Below are positions 29,022 through 38,757 of a stretch of 64,000 nt of DNA, piece by piece (the stretch's first letter is position 1; each line of letters opens with the position of its first letter). The position numbers were made by a program, and so were the translations under genes. This DNA comes from a virus (taxonomy: Duplodnaviria; Caudoviricetes), in the IMG/VR virus record IMGVR_UViG_3300036855_000024, positions 2,268 through 66,267 of that record, one strand, 5' to 3'. The notes beneath the pieces are model-generated. The model ran no database searches. It had not been told where the DNA came from and was given only the letters and a program-made list of their open reading frames with translations.

Positions 29022-31759
29022 CTACTCCATTCAGGAGTGACATAGTTGTTGAGATGTACCTTGGCAATGCATGGGTAGACGTGAGTAGTGATGTTTACCA
29101 GCGTGTCGGAGTTAATATCAGCAGGGGCCGTAAGGACGAGTCGAGTAGCCCTCAACCACAAACGTGCACGTTCACTCTGGACAATAGGCTCTCCAACTAT
29201 TCCCCACGGTGGCCTACTGGCATTTACTACGGGACGTTCGGCAGGAACACGCCCGTAAGGGTGGCTGTACGGCTCGTACGCGACACGTACGCCCGGACCG
29301 TGGTGAGCGGTTGGGGGAGCGCTGACACGGGGCAGGCGTGGACATCGGGCGGCACTGGGGGCAGCATACTGGCAAGTGACCACAACGTTGCAGCAGGTGT
29401 TGGCACCCAGAGCGTGCCAGCGGTCACCGCCTGGCGAATCGACTACCTTGCCGGAATCTCGTACTCGGACGTCGATATCAAGGTCGATGTTTCTCTCGCT
29501 TTAGCTAGCATTACCGGGGCCGCCGTAGAGCCTGCTAACCTTATGCTCCGAGGGCAGGACAGCACTCACTACTACATGGTTCGAGTGAGTGTAGCGACAA
29601 GTGGTGCCATTACTGTAGGGATCATGCTAGCCGATCAGACGGTGATTGCGGCGGCAGTGAGTACTGGACTTACCTATGCGGCTAGTACGTTCTACCGGGT
29701 GCGCGCTCAGGCTGAAGGGAACACAATCCGAGCTAAGGTGTGGCTGGCTACCGGTAGCGAACCGTTAGGTTGGCAAGTCACGGTACACGATACCACGATC
29801 ACGACTGGCGGTTTCGTTGGAGTGCGGAGTGGAGTCGCTACGTCCAATAGTAACACTAAGCCTATCGTGTTTAGTTATACTAGTTTTGAGGCTAAACTTC
29901 CTAGGTTCGCTGGAGAGACCAGCTCTCTTAGTTCTAAATGGGACGTGTCTGGAAAAGACGTGTATAAAGAGGTCTCTGCCAGTGGACCTACTAGGCGTCT
30001 CGGGCAGGGGGCCAATCCTTTGCAATCGGTGCTTAGGCGTGCTTATCTAAGGGATCTCATTACTACCGCTGTTGCTTATTGGCCGTGTGAGGATGCTGTT
30101 GGGTCCACAACTATAGCGTCGGCTATGCCGGCGGGGACCAATATGTTTCTATTCACTGGTGTACCGGTGTTCGCCACTAACAGCCTATGTACGGCCAGTG
30201 ATCCACTGATGAACATAGGCACCGCTACATTTAGTGCCCCTATACCTGCCTACGTAGCTGGTAGCCGGTCACAACTGCGATTTATACTCAGTGTACCGAG
30301 CACGTTGAGCGCATTCTTGCGACGTATCCTCACAATACAAACGTCCGGTACTATAAGGCAGATTTCCGTATTCAGTGATGGAACTGCGAACAATGGTGGA
30401 TTAGCCGTATCGGCCCTCGACGGTCTGGGTAACATTCTGTTCAACAGCGGAACCATAGCCATGGGTCTGAACGGTACAGCTAGTGAGATAAGCATAGAGT
30501 GGTTCCAAAATGGCAGCAACGTGACAGTGAACTTCGCAGCTCTGAATCAGGGAGCTACGAGCATTACGCAGCTAGGTGATACTAACATCGTATCCCAGAC
30601 TATCGGGCCAGCGAGTGCTATTGTTCTGAATCCTGACAGGTCAGCCGACACCGGTATAGCTATGGGTCATATCTCATTCCACCCCACCTACGCGGCATTG
30701 ACAACGCTGACCTCACAGATTGCCGCTTATGCTGGCGAGTCGGCAGGCGCAAGACTGAAACGACTGTGTGGGGAAGAGCTAGTTGATTTCTCATATGTAG
30801 GTTTGCTTACGGACACTGCTCTCATGGGACCACAGAAGTCGCTAACGCTACTGCAATTGCTCACTGAATGTTCGTCTGCAGACCTTGGGCAGTTCTACGA
30901 GACACGTGGGGATAATGGCTTAGCCTATAGGACGCTCACTAGTGAATATAACCAGGCAGCCAAGCTAGACCTCAACTACGCTAATCACGTCGTGGCGTCT
31001 CCGTTCGAGCCGACCGATGATGACCAGCAGACGCGCAACGATATCACCGTGAGTCGTGAGGGTGGTTCTAGCGCACGCTACACGCTGGATACCGGAGTGA
31101 TGAGTACACAAGCACCACCCACCGGAGCTGGACGTTATACGAGCTCACTTACAGTCAACGTGTTTAGTGATAGTCAACTCTTGGACATAGCGAGTTGGTT
31201 AGTCCACTTAGGTACTACCAATGAGACCAGATACCCTACGATTACGGTTAATCTAGCGAGTCCGGATTCCATATCTGCATCCCTTGACTCTCCAGCTATG
31301 GCTATCGAATGCGGGGACAGACTTACCATCTCTAATCCTAAGAGTGGACAGGTAGCTGACCAGATTCAACAACTTATGGTTGGTTATCAAGAGATCCTGA
31401 ATGCTTACGTGCACTCGATAATCTATAACTGTGTCCCCGCTAGTCCTTATAATGTGTTAGCTCTTGATACCGCATTCTTTAACTTGGACACCGACGACAG
31501 CACTCTAGCAGCAGGAGCTACAGGTATAGCAACGTCATTGAGTGTAGCTACGGTGGCTGGCTCACCACTGTGGACTACGACTGCTGGAGACATGCCATTT
31601 AATATCATTGTCAGCGGAGAGGTGATGACGGTTACTAATATCACTGGCGGCAGTAGTCCGCAGACGTTTACCGTGACCCGTAGTGTTAACGGAGTTGCTA
31701 AGGCTCAGAGCAGTGGAGCTAAGGTCAGCTTGCAAAACCCACCCTACTTAGCATTGTGA
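29018..31759 (+). CDS. Large minor tail/baseplate hub protein with lectin-like inserts
   Basis: GVNISRGR...CTFTLDN...YSPR, YWPCED and C-terminal TFTVTRSVNG. Confidence 0.8.
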   Translation: MTTPFRSDIVVEMYLGNAWVDVSSDVYQRVGVNISRGRKDESSSPQPQTCTFTLDNRLSNYSPRWPTGIYYGTFGRNTPVRVAVRLVRDTYARTVVSGWGSADTGQAWTSGGTGGSILASDHNVAAGVGTQSVPAVTAWRIDYLAGISYSDVDIKVDVSLALASITGAAVEPANLMLRGQDSTHYYMVRVSVATSGAITVGIMLADQTVIAAAVSTGLTYAASTFYRVRAQAEGNTIRAKVWLATGSEPLGWQVTVHDTTITTGGFVGVRSGVATSNSNTKPIVFSYTSFEAKLPRFAGETSSLSSKWDVSGKDVYKEVSASGPTRRLGQGANPLQSVLRRAYLRDLITTAVAYWPCEDAVGSTTIASAMPAGTNMFLFTGVPVFATNSLCTASDPLMNIGTATFSAPIPAYVAGSRSQLRFILSVPSTLSAFLRRILTIQTSGTIRQISVFSDGTANNGGLAVSALDGLGNILFNSGTIAMGLNGTASEISIEWFQNGSNVTVNFAALNQGATSITQLGDTNIVSQTIGPASAIVLNPDRSADTGIAMGHISFHPTYAALTTLTSQIAAYAGESAGARLKRLCGEELVDFSYVGLLTDTALMGPQKSLTLLQLLTECSSADLGQFYETRGDNGLAYRTLTSEYNQAAKLDLNYANHVVASPFEPTDDDQQTRNDITVSREGGSSARYTLDTGVMSTQAPPTGAGRYTSSLTVNVFSDSQLLDIASWLVHLGTTNETRYPTITVNLASPDSISASLDSPAMAIECGDRLTISNPKSGQVADQIQQLMVGYQEILNAYVHSIIYNCVPASPYNVLALDTAFFNLDTDDSTLAAGATGIATSLSVATVAGSPLWTTTAGDMPFNIIVSGEVMTVTNITGGSSPQTFTVTRSVNGVAKAQSSGAKVSLQNPPYLAL

Positions 31760-31781
31760 TTAAGGTTTTGGAGGCTAGGAT

Positions 31782-32309
31782 ATGCCGTTAGTACCGTACA
31801 CAGCAGGGCAGAAGTTAACGGCGGCGCTGTTGAATGCTGGCCTCGACAATGTACAGCGCACATCTTACCTGACTTCTGACTCCGCTCCTGTCAATAACAG
31901 TACTGCATTCTTGACTTCTAGCTTACAGCTTAGCGTCGTGGCTAATGCTTCCTACCTTTTCGACACTTATCTGGTATTCGACACTACTACGGTGGCCGAC
32001 TTTAAGATCCGACTTACTACCCCCACTGGTACGGTTACGCTCACGTCATCATGGGGAGGACTGACCACAATCTCTACGACAGACTCTACTATTGTACACG
32101 ACGCTAATATCCTTGCCCCTACTACGACTATATGGGTATATGGCGGTTGGGCCGGTTCTGGGTCGCTCAACAGTGCTATACCTCACGGCGCTATCTTGGT
32201 GGGTGCGAACTCTGGCACTCTATCGGTTGACTATGCGCAGAACACAGCGACTGCCGTCAACAGCGTACTTAAAGCTGGGTCATGGTTTAGGCTGACCAGA
32301 GTAGTTTAG
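31782..32309 (+). CDS. Minor tail protein
   Basis: GQKLTAALLN N-terminus, beta-rich. Confidence 0.65.
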   Translation: MPLVPYTAGQKLTAALLNAGLDNVQRTSYLTSDSAPVNNSTAFLTSSLQLSVVANASYLFDTYLVFDTTTVADFKIRLTTPTGTVTLTSSWGGLTTISTTDSTIVHDANILAPTTTIWVYGGWAGSGSLNSAIPHGAILVGANSGTLSVDYAQNTATAVNSVLKAGSWFRLTRVV

Positions 32310-32321
32310 GAGAACTAGGAA

Positions 32322-32660
32322 ATGCCAGTCCAGAATAGCTACGTTCATCATCCCGACAAGATTGACTTTATCATCTTCGATGGGTTGAATATAGACGAAG
32401 TGTCGGCAGCCATTGAGGCTGTCACTGGGGATGGAACGGTCGCCCACATTAAGCCTGCCGATAGAGTGACCACTTGGCTGCTAGTCGTAAACAACGGATC
32501 ATCGGACCAACCATATGTAGTATTTAAGATAAATCCTACTGAAGCTGTTCGGCTGAATGGTGATACCGGTGGAGTGGGATTACTACCTATCCAGATCATT
32601 GACACGCCTGGGGAGCTTATTCCTTACGATTCTGTCTACATCACACCACCGGTGGGTTGA
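32322..32660 (+). CDS. Hypothetical protein
   Basis: 112-aa ORF with AGGA RBS. Confidence 0.6.
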   Translation: MPVQNSYVHHPDKIDFIIFDGLNIDEVSAAIEAVTGDGTVAHIKPADRVTTWLLVVNNGSSDQPYVVFKINPTEAVRLNGDTGGVGLLPIQIIDTPGELIPYDSVYITPPVG

Positions 32661-33121
32661 TAGTGCCTACACAGCCTGAGCAAAAGAACTCGAAACGCAT
32701 TCGAGTTCTCATCATCCACGACAGTAGGCACCCGTGGGTACAGACTTCACTGTTAGGGTGCGTTCTAGCTGGGCTGATAGGATCGGTATTCAACTCCGGG
32801 ACAGTACTAGCTATAGACTACTATCTAGCTCAGCCTTGGCTTACTGGGTACTATTTGCTGTTGTCTATTTCTGCCGCAATAACCTTAGTAGGGACCTGGC
32901 TACCAAGTCTTTCAGACCAACTGAACGTCGAGAGGGTTGGATTATGGTTTCTTTGTGGCCCACTTCTTGTTTATCCAATGTTTGTCATAGCTACTAATGG
33001 TATAGCTGTGGGACTCGGCGGTACAGTATCATGCATTCTAGGTTTAGGGGCAGTATGGAGGATAATCGAGATCAATAGAGCACTACAAAGCTGGAAAAAA
33101 TCAGCTAGGAATACAGAGTGA
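32657..33121 (+). CDS. Membrane protein (4 TM)
   Basis: Four hydrophobic segments. Confidence 0.7.
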   Translation: MIVPTQPEQKNSKRIRVLIIHDSRHPWVQTSLLGCVLAGLIGSVFNSGTVLAIDYYLAQPWLTGYYLLLSISAAITLVGTWLPSLSDQLNVERVGLWFLCGPLLVYPMFVIATNGIAVGLGGTVSCILGLGAVWRIIEINRALQSWKKSARNTE

Positions 33122-33501
33122 TACTCCTGGCAGTATTGTGGTGGAGTATTCTATCCGAGCCAGCAACTGCTGGAGTAAGTACTATTAGCTGGGTAGTGCC
33201 TCTAGTTATTGGGTTGTTTTCCAGTGGTGGTGCAGTTGCTATATTCCAATGGCTTTCACACCGAGGGAAATCTGCTGCCGAGGCCGCAGAGATATGGACC
33301 AAGGCGTCTGTTACTAGGCTGTCCTCTATGTATGACGAGATGGGGAGAATGCAAGACGAGATGGATACTCTGCACAAGCGCGTTCGACTGATGAATTCAG
33401 AGCTGGAGAGCGAACGGCAGAAACGAATAGATGCGGACCACAGATTAGCTTACGCTCTACGCTTACTTACTGATCACGGTATTGACTACACAGCTCCATA
33501 A
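33118..33501 (+). CDS. Membrane protein with C-terminal coiled coil (lysis-region protein)
   Basis: TM segment followed by MYDEMGRMQDEMDTLHKRV... Confidence 0.65.
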   Translation: MILLAVLWWSILSEPATAGVSTISWVVPLVIGLFSSGGAVAIFQWLSHRGKSAAEAAEIWTKASVTRLSSMYDEMGRMQDEMDTLHKRVRLMNSELESERQKRIDADHRLAYALRLLTDHGIDYTAP

Positions 33502-33507
33502 AGAGTT

Positions 33508-33933
33508 TCACTTTGACATACCGTCGTCAATTCTTGATGCCAGGCTATGGATAGTCTGAGTAAGTTCATGAATCTGTTTGGTAATTTCAGTGTTCTCTTT
33601 GAGCTTGAGAACTTGCTCTAGGTAGTCGTGATTGGCTTTCTCCTTCTGGAATTGCGCTTGTCTGTTCTGGCCTATCATGATGAAAGTAGACAGGAAGATA
33701 GCTTCCAGGCTGACTACGAGTGTCAGCGCCGGCCAGGGACTGGCTTCAAATACTGTCATCCACACGAGGAAGACCAGGGCGTGCGTATAGACGAATACCA
33801 TTGACCCAGCAAACCGAGTTATGGTCTCGGCTATCTTTAGTTGTAGACTGCTGGAGTACTTATGGAGATCAGAAAGGACAGCTGGGTGGTGCTGATCGAT
33901 TGAATGCTTGGTGTCAATTCTGGTATTCGACAT
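33508..33933 (-). CDS. DUF1003 membrane protein
   Basis: AETITRFAGSMVF...LTLVVSLEAIFLSTFIMIGQNRQA. Confidence 0.85.
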   Translation of the reverse strand: MSNTRIDTKHSIDQHHPAVLSDLHKYSSSLQLKIAETITRFAGSMVFVYTHALVFLVWMTVFEASPWPALTLVVSLEAIFLSTFIMIGQNRQAQFQKEKANHDYLEQVLKLKENTEITKQIHELTQTIHSLASRIDDGMSK

Positions 33934-34894
33934 GTGCGACCATGCCAGCAGGGGCTGTGTAGTTGACTACCACGCTGGTCGTGCCAGCGGCTAGAGGTAC
34001 TTTCATTGGCCACCACTGGACGAACTGCTGACCGGCATTGTTGGTCAGCAGGGTAGTGACCAACGGCGGCGTAGAACCCCTATCAGTAACACCCATCACT
34101 GCATAGACCGTTGCGCCGCCTGTGTTGGCTGTCAGTAGGAGGTTGGCATTTCCACACCACCCACCTACCACATCAGTAGGAATCTGCATATCGATTCGGG
34201 TAGGTGCGGCTGGTAATAGCATGGTGTTTTCCTCATTGCGTCGTCGTGATCTTCGACTGACTGTTGGAGACCCTACTCCGATGAGAGCAGCGAACTCGCT
34301 GGCAGTACCTTGGTAAGCGTCCGCATCTAGGGTCATTCCTGCTACCGTAGCGGAGTCAGTGAACTGGAGGACGGCAACATTCCCATTCCCGTATCCATTC
34401 CAAGAAGCCTGGCCTACCTTAGCGTAGAGCTGTGTAGCTGTACCCGCCCCCGCTACGTAGCCGCTCGCCCACAATGGGGGTAGACCAATAAGGTTGGGAG
34501 ATCCAACCTGTTGCCAGTACCAATGCGGCATGTAGACCAGATCAATACTCCCGCCATACTTCTTGCAAGCGTCAATGAATGCCCAGACATTCCCGACGCT
34601 TCCGCTACCAGCCTCAACATCTAGCATTCCAGGCACTCCACAATGGAGCTGATGAAGTGCGAACACCTTGGCTTGGGCGTCTTCGTTACTGGCATGGAGG
34701 TAATGGTAGCCAATAGGCATGAGTCCGCACGCTTTAGCTCGGCTTATCCACGCACGGGAACCCATAACGTCACAGTAGGAACCGTCCGTACCCTCGCATA
34801 GCTTGGTTGCTATGAACTTAAATCCCTCCTGGCTGACCTCTTCTATACTCAAACCGGATTGAAACTGTGGATGAACATCTATACCGAAAATCAT
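33914..34894 (-). CDS. Endolysin, glycoside hydrolase family 25
   Basis: MIFGIDVHPQFQ, ATKLCEGT, GYHY, LDVE, LWASGY, LQFTD, DAD. Confidence 0.9.
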   Translation of the reverse strand: MIFGIDVHPQFQSGLSIEEVSQEGFKFIATKLCEGTDGSYCDVMGSRAWISRAKACGLMPIGYHYLHASNEDAQAKVFALHQLHCGVPGMLDVEAGSGSVGNVWAFIDACKKYGGSIDLVYMPHWYWQQVGSPNLIGLPPLWASGYVAGAGTATQLYAKVGQASWNGYGNGNVAVLQFTDSATVAGMTLDADAYQGTASEFAALIGVGSPTVSRRSRRRNEENTMLLPAAPTRIDMQIPTDVVGGWCGNANLLLTANTGGATVYAVMGVTDRGSTPPLVTTLLTNNAGQQFVQWWPMKVPLAAGTTSVVVNYTAPAGMVAHVEYQN

Positions 34895-35005
34895 GACGTC
34901 CCCGTATTGGATAGGCAGTAATCAGTACTCATGACCTGCCCTCTTTACTGTCTTTGCTCTGCGGTGTATAGAGGTTATGCTACGTGGTGATTAGGTGTAC
35001 TGGCT

Positions 35006-35299
35006 ATGGGCATAGAGATCTCGGCCTTGGCTCTGCTGATTGTCAGTATCACAAGGCAAGCTAGTCCTACGGGTGAGATGTGGGTTGGTGTCATGGTTGG
35101 TTTCCTCGCACGATATGCGAAAGCCGGTACTGCACTCGTCGGTTCTGTCGCGTCAGTTCTGTTAGTATCGCTACAGCACGGTTCGATAAGTCGGGCGGAC
35201 TGGGTAGCGCTGGCCGTAGCTGCGTTAACTGCTGTCAGTGTGGCTACAGTGCCGAATAAGGCACATGTGCCTACAGTGCCGACTACTGAGAAAAGCTAG
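35006..35299 (+). CDS. Holin (putative; start may be the ATG at 35078)
   Basis: YAKA..ALVG...SRADWVALAVAALTAVSVATVPN, typical actinophage 2-TM holin pattern. Confidence 0.7.
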   Translation: MGIEISALALLIVSITRQASPTGEMWVGVMVGFLARYAKAGTALVGSVASVLLVSLQHGSISRADWVALAVAALTAVSVATVPNKAHVPTVPTTEKS

Positions 35300-35310
35300 A
35301 CTACGACCAC

Positions 35311-35616
35311 TTGACAGGAGAATTCAGCATGTCATTCCAGACCGATAATCCGGATATTGACTTCCTGGTTACAGAGCTAGTTGACGCTACCAAGTCAGTG
35401 AAGACGGCACTAGTCGATGGGAAATTCAGTCCAGACGACGTGGTAGCTGTAGTCCGATCGGTCGATCCAGTACTCGCCGACGATTTGGGTAAGTGGATGC
35501 ACGCTCTCGCTGGGCTGTACCCAGAGGTGAAAGCACTAGCTAACGAGGGGCCTTTCAAAATGCTCATGGAAGCTGCGCCATACTTCGCGAGCAAGCTCAT
35601 GGGGGTCTTCCAGTGA
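35311..35616 (+). CDS. Hypothetical protein
   Basis: 101-aa ORF. Confidence 0.55.
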   Translation: MTGEFSMSFQTDNPDIDFLVTELVDATKSVKTALVDGKFSPDDVVAVVRSVDPVLADDLGKWMHALAGLYPEVKALANEGPFKMLMEAAPYFASKLMGVFQ

Positions 35617-35888
35617 TGTTCTCTGTAGGCTCGCTGGCGCGTCCGCTGGCTGTAGTCGGTATGGTAGTGGCTAGCCTGCTCGTCGCGGTCACTGTAGATA
35701 GCTCTCAGACCGTGGAATTAGCCGCTGTTGCTGTGCCAGTGCCTACTGCTCCGAGTCCAGCGGCACCGCCAGTGACGAACTGCTACCCGTTGAATTCCCT
35801 GATCTGTTCTATCCCTGTGAATGTCGGGCCGTTCGGGCCGTTCAACGTCAATCTTCCGAATGGACTGTTCGGTCCCCCATCTCCATAA
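35613..35888 (+). CDS. Secreted Pro-rich small protein
   Basis: Signal-like N-terminus, PVPTAPSPAAPP, two Cys. Confidence 0.6.
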   Translation: MMFSVGSLARPLAVVGMVVASLLVAVTVDSSQTVELAAVAVPVPTAPSPAAPPVTNCYPLNSLICSIPVNVGPFGPFNVNLPNGLFGPPSP

Positions 35889-35997
35889 CACTGATCACAC
35901 TGGAATTCGGTACCGAGTACCCCCCATCACATCGGTACGCACGGTGGCCCTGTCACTCGCTCCGGTAACTTACCCTTGGGTGGCAGCGCTGCCGACC

Positions 35998-36049
35998 TGA
36001 GACCCCCGACCAACGGCCGATCTCCCATCGGCGCCGGTCGGGGGTCTCA
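35998..36049. terminator. 14-bp inverted repeat terminator
   Basis: TGAGACCCCCGACC / GGTCGGGGGTCTCA. Confidence 0.75.
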
Positions 36050-36119
36050 CTGTCCGAGGCGTCGGGAAGTAACCAGCGAAATCTCTTGTTTTCTAGGGTT
36101 ACTCCTGTAGACTGAAGGC

Positions 36120-36317
36120 ATGACGAGCAAAGCCCGCAAGTGCGCTACCTGCGACATCGTATCCGTTGCCACTGGCGAGACGCTGGGTGTGCTAGTCGCT
36201 GTTCGCCGTACCGCCGCTTACGGCGGTGTCAAAGGAAACGCCTACTACTGCGTCACCTGCTTATCGTCCGCACCGACCTCTTCGGTCGGCCCATTCTCTG
36301 CCTTCAAGGGGCTGTAA
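36120..36317 (+). CDS. Small zinc-finger protein, probably leaderless
   Basis: CATC...CVTC; TAGACT -10 element 6 nt before the ATG. Confidence 0.55.
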   Translation: MTSKARKCATCDIVSVATGETLGVLVAVRRTAAYGGVKGNAYYCVTCLSSAPTSSVGPFSAFKGL

Positions 36318-36320
36318 TCG

Positions 36321-36498
36321 CATGATGAAAATGTACGCGATAGTCACCACCGATCCACACACTGATCTGCGCAACCGCTACGACGTCCAAGCAGATAATG
36401 CCGAAGACGCGGCGATGTTCGCTCGTGAACAACACGGCCACGAGTACGGCGTAGACACCAACGATGTGACCTCAGAATATTTCGGGATCGTACCCTAA
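36321..36498 (+). CDS. Small hypothetical protein
   Basis: MMKMYAIVTT...YDVQADNAEDAAMFA; start chosen after the upstream stop. Confidence 0.55.
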
Positions 36499-36591
36499 TG
36501 AGCTTCCATCAGACCGTGGGCGAAGGGGCAGAGTCCGTGCCCCTAGCTGGGTTCTACCCCTCCTCCCCGAAACCTTGGCGAAAGACTTGAT

Positions 36592-37071
36592 GTGACCATG
36601 CCGGACTACGTGATGCGCTACCAACTTCAATCGATGGTGGACGCCTGCCCGACTGACACACTGGCCGGCAAACGTGACCGGCTGCTCCTGATCGTGCTCC
36701 GGGCGCTGGAAGGTCGGCCCGGCGAGCTCGTGGCGCTACGGGCACAAGACGTGGTTATCAACCCTCCACCCAGTAGATCCATCGGACTGAATGTAGGTAC
36801 CTACGGTCTCGACATACCCGCAGGGGAGTATACCGACCACGACCCGTGTGAACTGGCCGATATATGGCTGACCAAAGCTTGCCTAGATCCGTGGCTACTG
36901 TTCCGCCCCATCACGAAAGACGACCTGGTGCAGTTGTGTAGCCTCACCCCTGCGGCTGTCAATCAGATCGTCAAGCGAGCGGCGCGGCGTGCCGAACTCG
37001 ACAACCCGCAAAGCTTCACCGCGCGAAGCGTGCGCGGACCCGTACGCCGGAAGGTAGGGCAGCAGGGATGA
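36592..37071 (+). pseudogene. Truncated tyrosine recombinase catalytic domain
   Basis: GKRDRLLL...GRPGELVALRAQDV...LFRPI...AVNQIVKRAARRAEL...FTARSVR, then a stop. The C-terminal box with the catalytic Tyr and the N-terminal binding domain are absent. Confidence 0.7.
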
Positions 37072-37144
37072 AACCCGGAGAGACCGTAGTCGTGAACCGC
37101 CACGTAACCATCGACCACGAACCTACATCTTGACCCCGGCACGA

Positions 37145-37183
37145 TGAAGGCCCGGACCTCGTTACGTCAGGTCCGGGCCTTCA
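37145..37183. terminator. 15-bp inverted repeat between convergent units
   Basis: TGAAGGCCCGGACCT / AGGTCCGGGCCTTCA. Confidence 0.8.
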
Positions 37184-37194
37184 GCTGTCAGCCG

Positions 37195-37731
37195 CTACAC
37201 AAAGTCACGCCGCTTTATTTTCGCCATCCGGCCATCCGGGTGATGCCAGACGATGCCCTCGTGTGGGAAGTCGGCCAGGAACGCGACGAGTGTGTCGAAG
37301 TCACGAGGTGCGTCCTTTATCTCATCAGCATCATCGTGGGAAACTAGAACGTGCCCAGCGAACCCCTCCGGGTTTCCGTTGACCTTCGGCCCGCATAGTT
37401 CGTACGTGCCAGGGGCAACACTCGTTGAGCCGTCCACCGCTTCGGCAAGGAACTTAGCGAACGGGGACCGCTCAGCCGGTTCCCACCCCACTGTCTTACC
37501 TGTGACGTCGTCACTCATAGCCGGAACGAAACCGTCAGGTTCCGGCTTCCCCGGTTTAATCTCCCGGCGCGCCCACCACGCCGTACCATCGAACATCACA
37601 CACGTCCCGTCGTACTTCCTGGTGGGTGTACCTTCCCCATCCAGTACCCACTGGCAATCAGGGTGAATTTTCGCAAGCAAACGACGCCTATCGTCAGGAT
37701 CACGCTCAAATAGCGTGGGAATTTTCTTCAT
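37195..37731 (-). CDS. RNA-ligase-like nucleotidyltransferase (DUF5565-type)
   Basis: MKKIPTLF, TRKYDGT (motif I KxDG), YELCG, HEGIVW (motif IV), MAKIK (motif V). Confidence 0.75.
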   Translation of the reverse strand: MKKIPTLFERDPDDRRRLLAKIHPDCQWVLDGEGTPTRKYDGTCVMFDGTAWWARREIKPGKPEPDGFVPAMSDDVTGKTVGWEPAERSPFAKFLAEAVDGSTSVAPGTYELCGPKVNGNPEGFAGHVLVSHDDADEIKDAPRDFDTLVAFLADFPHEGIVWHHPDGRMAKIKRRDFV

Positions 37732-37976
37732 AGTGCGCACTCTTTCTCTCGGTGGCTGGTCCCACAATCTACGCAGTAGTGCTCAGGGTGTTCTCTGTGC
37801 AGCGCGATGAGTACATTACCCAGCACCGCGTCACGAAGAACGCCGGACACTCTCACCTCGCGCGGTACGGCGTGGTAGCAGGCGTAGACATACCCATCGT
37901 GCGGGCACCTGACATACAGCAGGGCGAGCAACCGCGTGGTGTCCGGGTGGTAGTAGAACGTCTTGTCACGCATCAC
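37728..37976 (-). CDS. Hypothetical Cys/His-containing protein
   Basis: CPHDG...CYH...CVDCG; stop overlaps the next start. Confidence 0.55.
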   Translation of the reverse strand: MMRDKTFYYHPDTTRLLALLYVRCPHDGYVYACYHAVPREVRVSGVLRDAVLGNVLIALHREHPEHYCVDCGTSHREKECAL

Positions 37977-38094
37977 ATGCGGTTGCGGTACGCGCCGCTA
38001 CGGTAGACACTCCACGCGCGCAAACCCTGCCGGTCGAAAACCACCTTCGCCGCGTGAGCGCAGTGCTGTCCTGATGTTGGGCACTATCATTAAG

Positions 38095-38469
38095 TCACTC
38101 CAGTATCAAGATGGAGTTCAGGTAAGCTACTCGGCATTCCTCGTGAGTCATGTCGTCCGGGTAGTCACTGTCATCTGCCCGCCAGTACTTATGGCTACCG
38201 ACCTTTTCCCACGTGTGCGGAACGTATCGAGTGGTGCGGACAGTCCCACAGTCGCACGCAAGCACGGCCAACCAGTAGACCACTCCGTTGATAGTCGTCT
38301 GCCAGACGTTGCCGTTGAGGTTGCCGTGACGCCATTGTGCCTTGCACTTGACTCCGGGGGAAGCTGGGTTAGCCTTCCTCCGTTCGGTCTGGATTGAAAC
38401 TACTTTGCCGCTCTCGCTAGCGGCGTTACTGCCCCGACTACCGACCATTTTTGTTATCTCCGTCGTCAA
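38095..38469 (-). CDS. Hypothetical protein
   Basis: 124-aa ORF with ACDCG. Confidence 0.55.
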   Translation of the reverse strand: MTTEITKMVGSRGSNAASESGKVVSIQTERRKANPASPGVKCKAQWRHGNLNGNVWQTTINGVVYWLAVLACDCGTVRTTRYVPHTWEKVGSHKYWRADDSDYPDDMTHEECRVAYLNSILILE

Positions 38470-38737
38470 CTATGAATAGTGCCTGTCGCCGCCACTTGTC
38501 GGCCAGTGTATGAAATGCATTGCCCATAATCCTGGCTATCTCTACTCTGTATCCCATATTGACCGACTCGTTTTCACTGAACAGTTTAGCAGCATCTACC
38601 TCTACAGTCATAGCAGGTGCATACTCTTCGGGCAGTGCACCTTCGATGTTAAGGATAAGAGTAATACTGAATCTCTGATGGCGGTACTTCGCTATATCAT
38701 CATCGGAGGTTTTTCCGGCTGGCCTCTTGCTCACCAT
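38438..38737 (-). CDS. Hypothetical protein
   Basis: 99-aa ORF. Confidence 0.5.
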   Translation of the reverse strand: MVSKRPAGKTSDDDIAKYRHQRFSITLILNIEGALPEEYAPAMTVEVDAAKLFSENESVNMGYRVEIARIMGNAFHTLADKWRRQALFIVDDGDNKNGR

Positions 38738-38757
38738 AGTTGCCAGTATCCGTTCTC

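Noticed and set aside
14017-32605. Numerous antisense ORFs over the structural operon
   Set aside because: They lie opposite well-supported genes, lack RBSs and recognisable motifs, and are expected by chance at this GC content.
33501-35005. Invertible lysin cassette
   Set aside because: No inverted repeats found at the boundaries and no intact invertase in the window.
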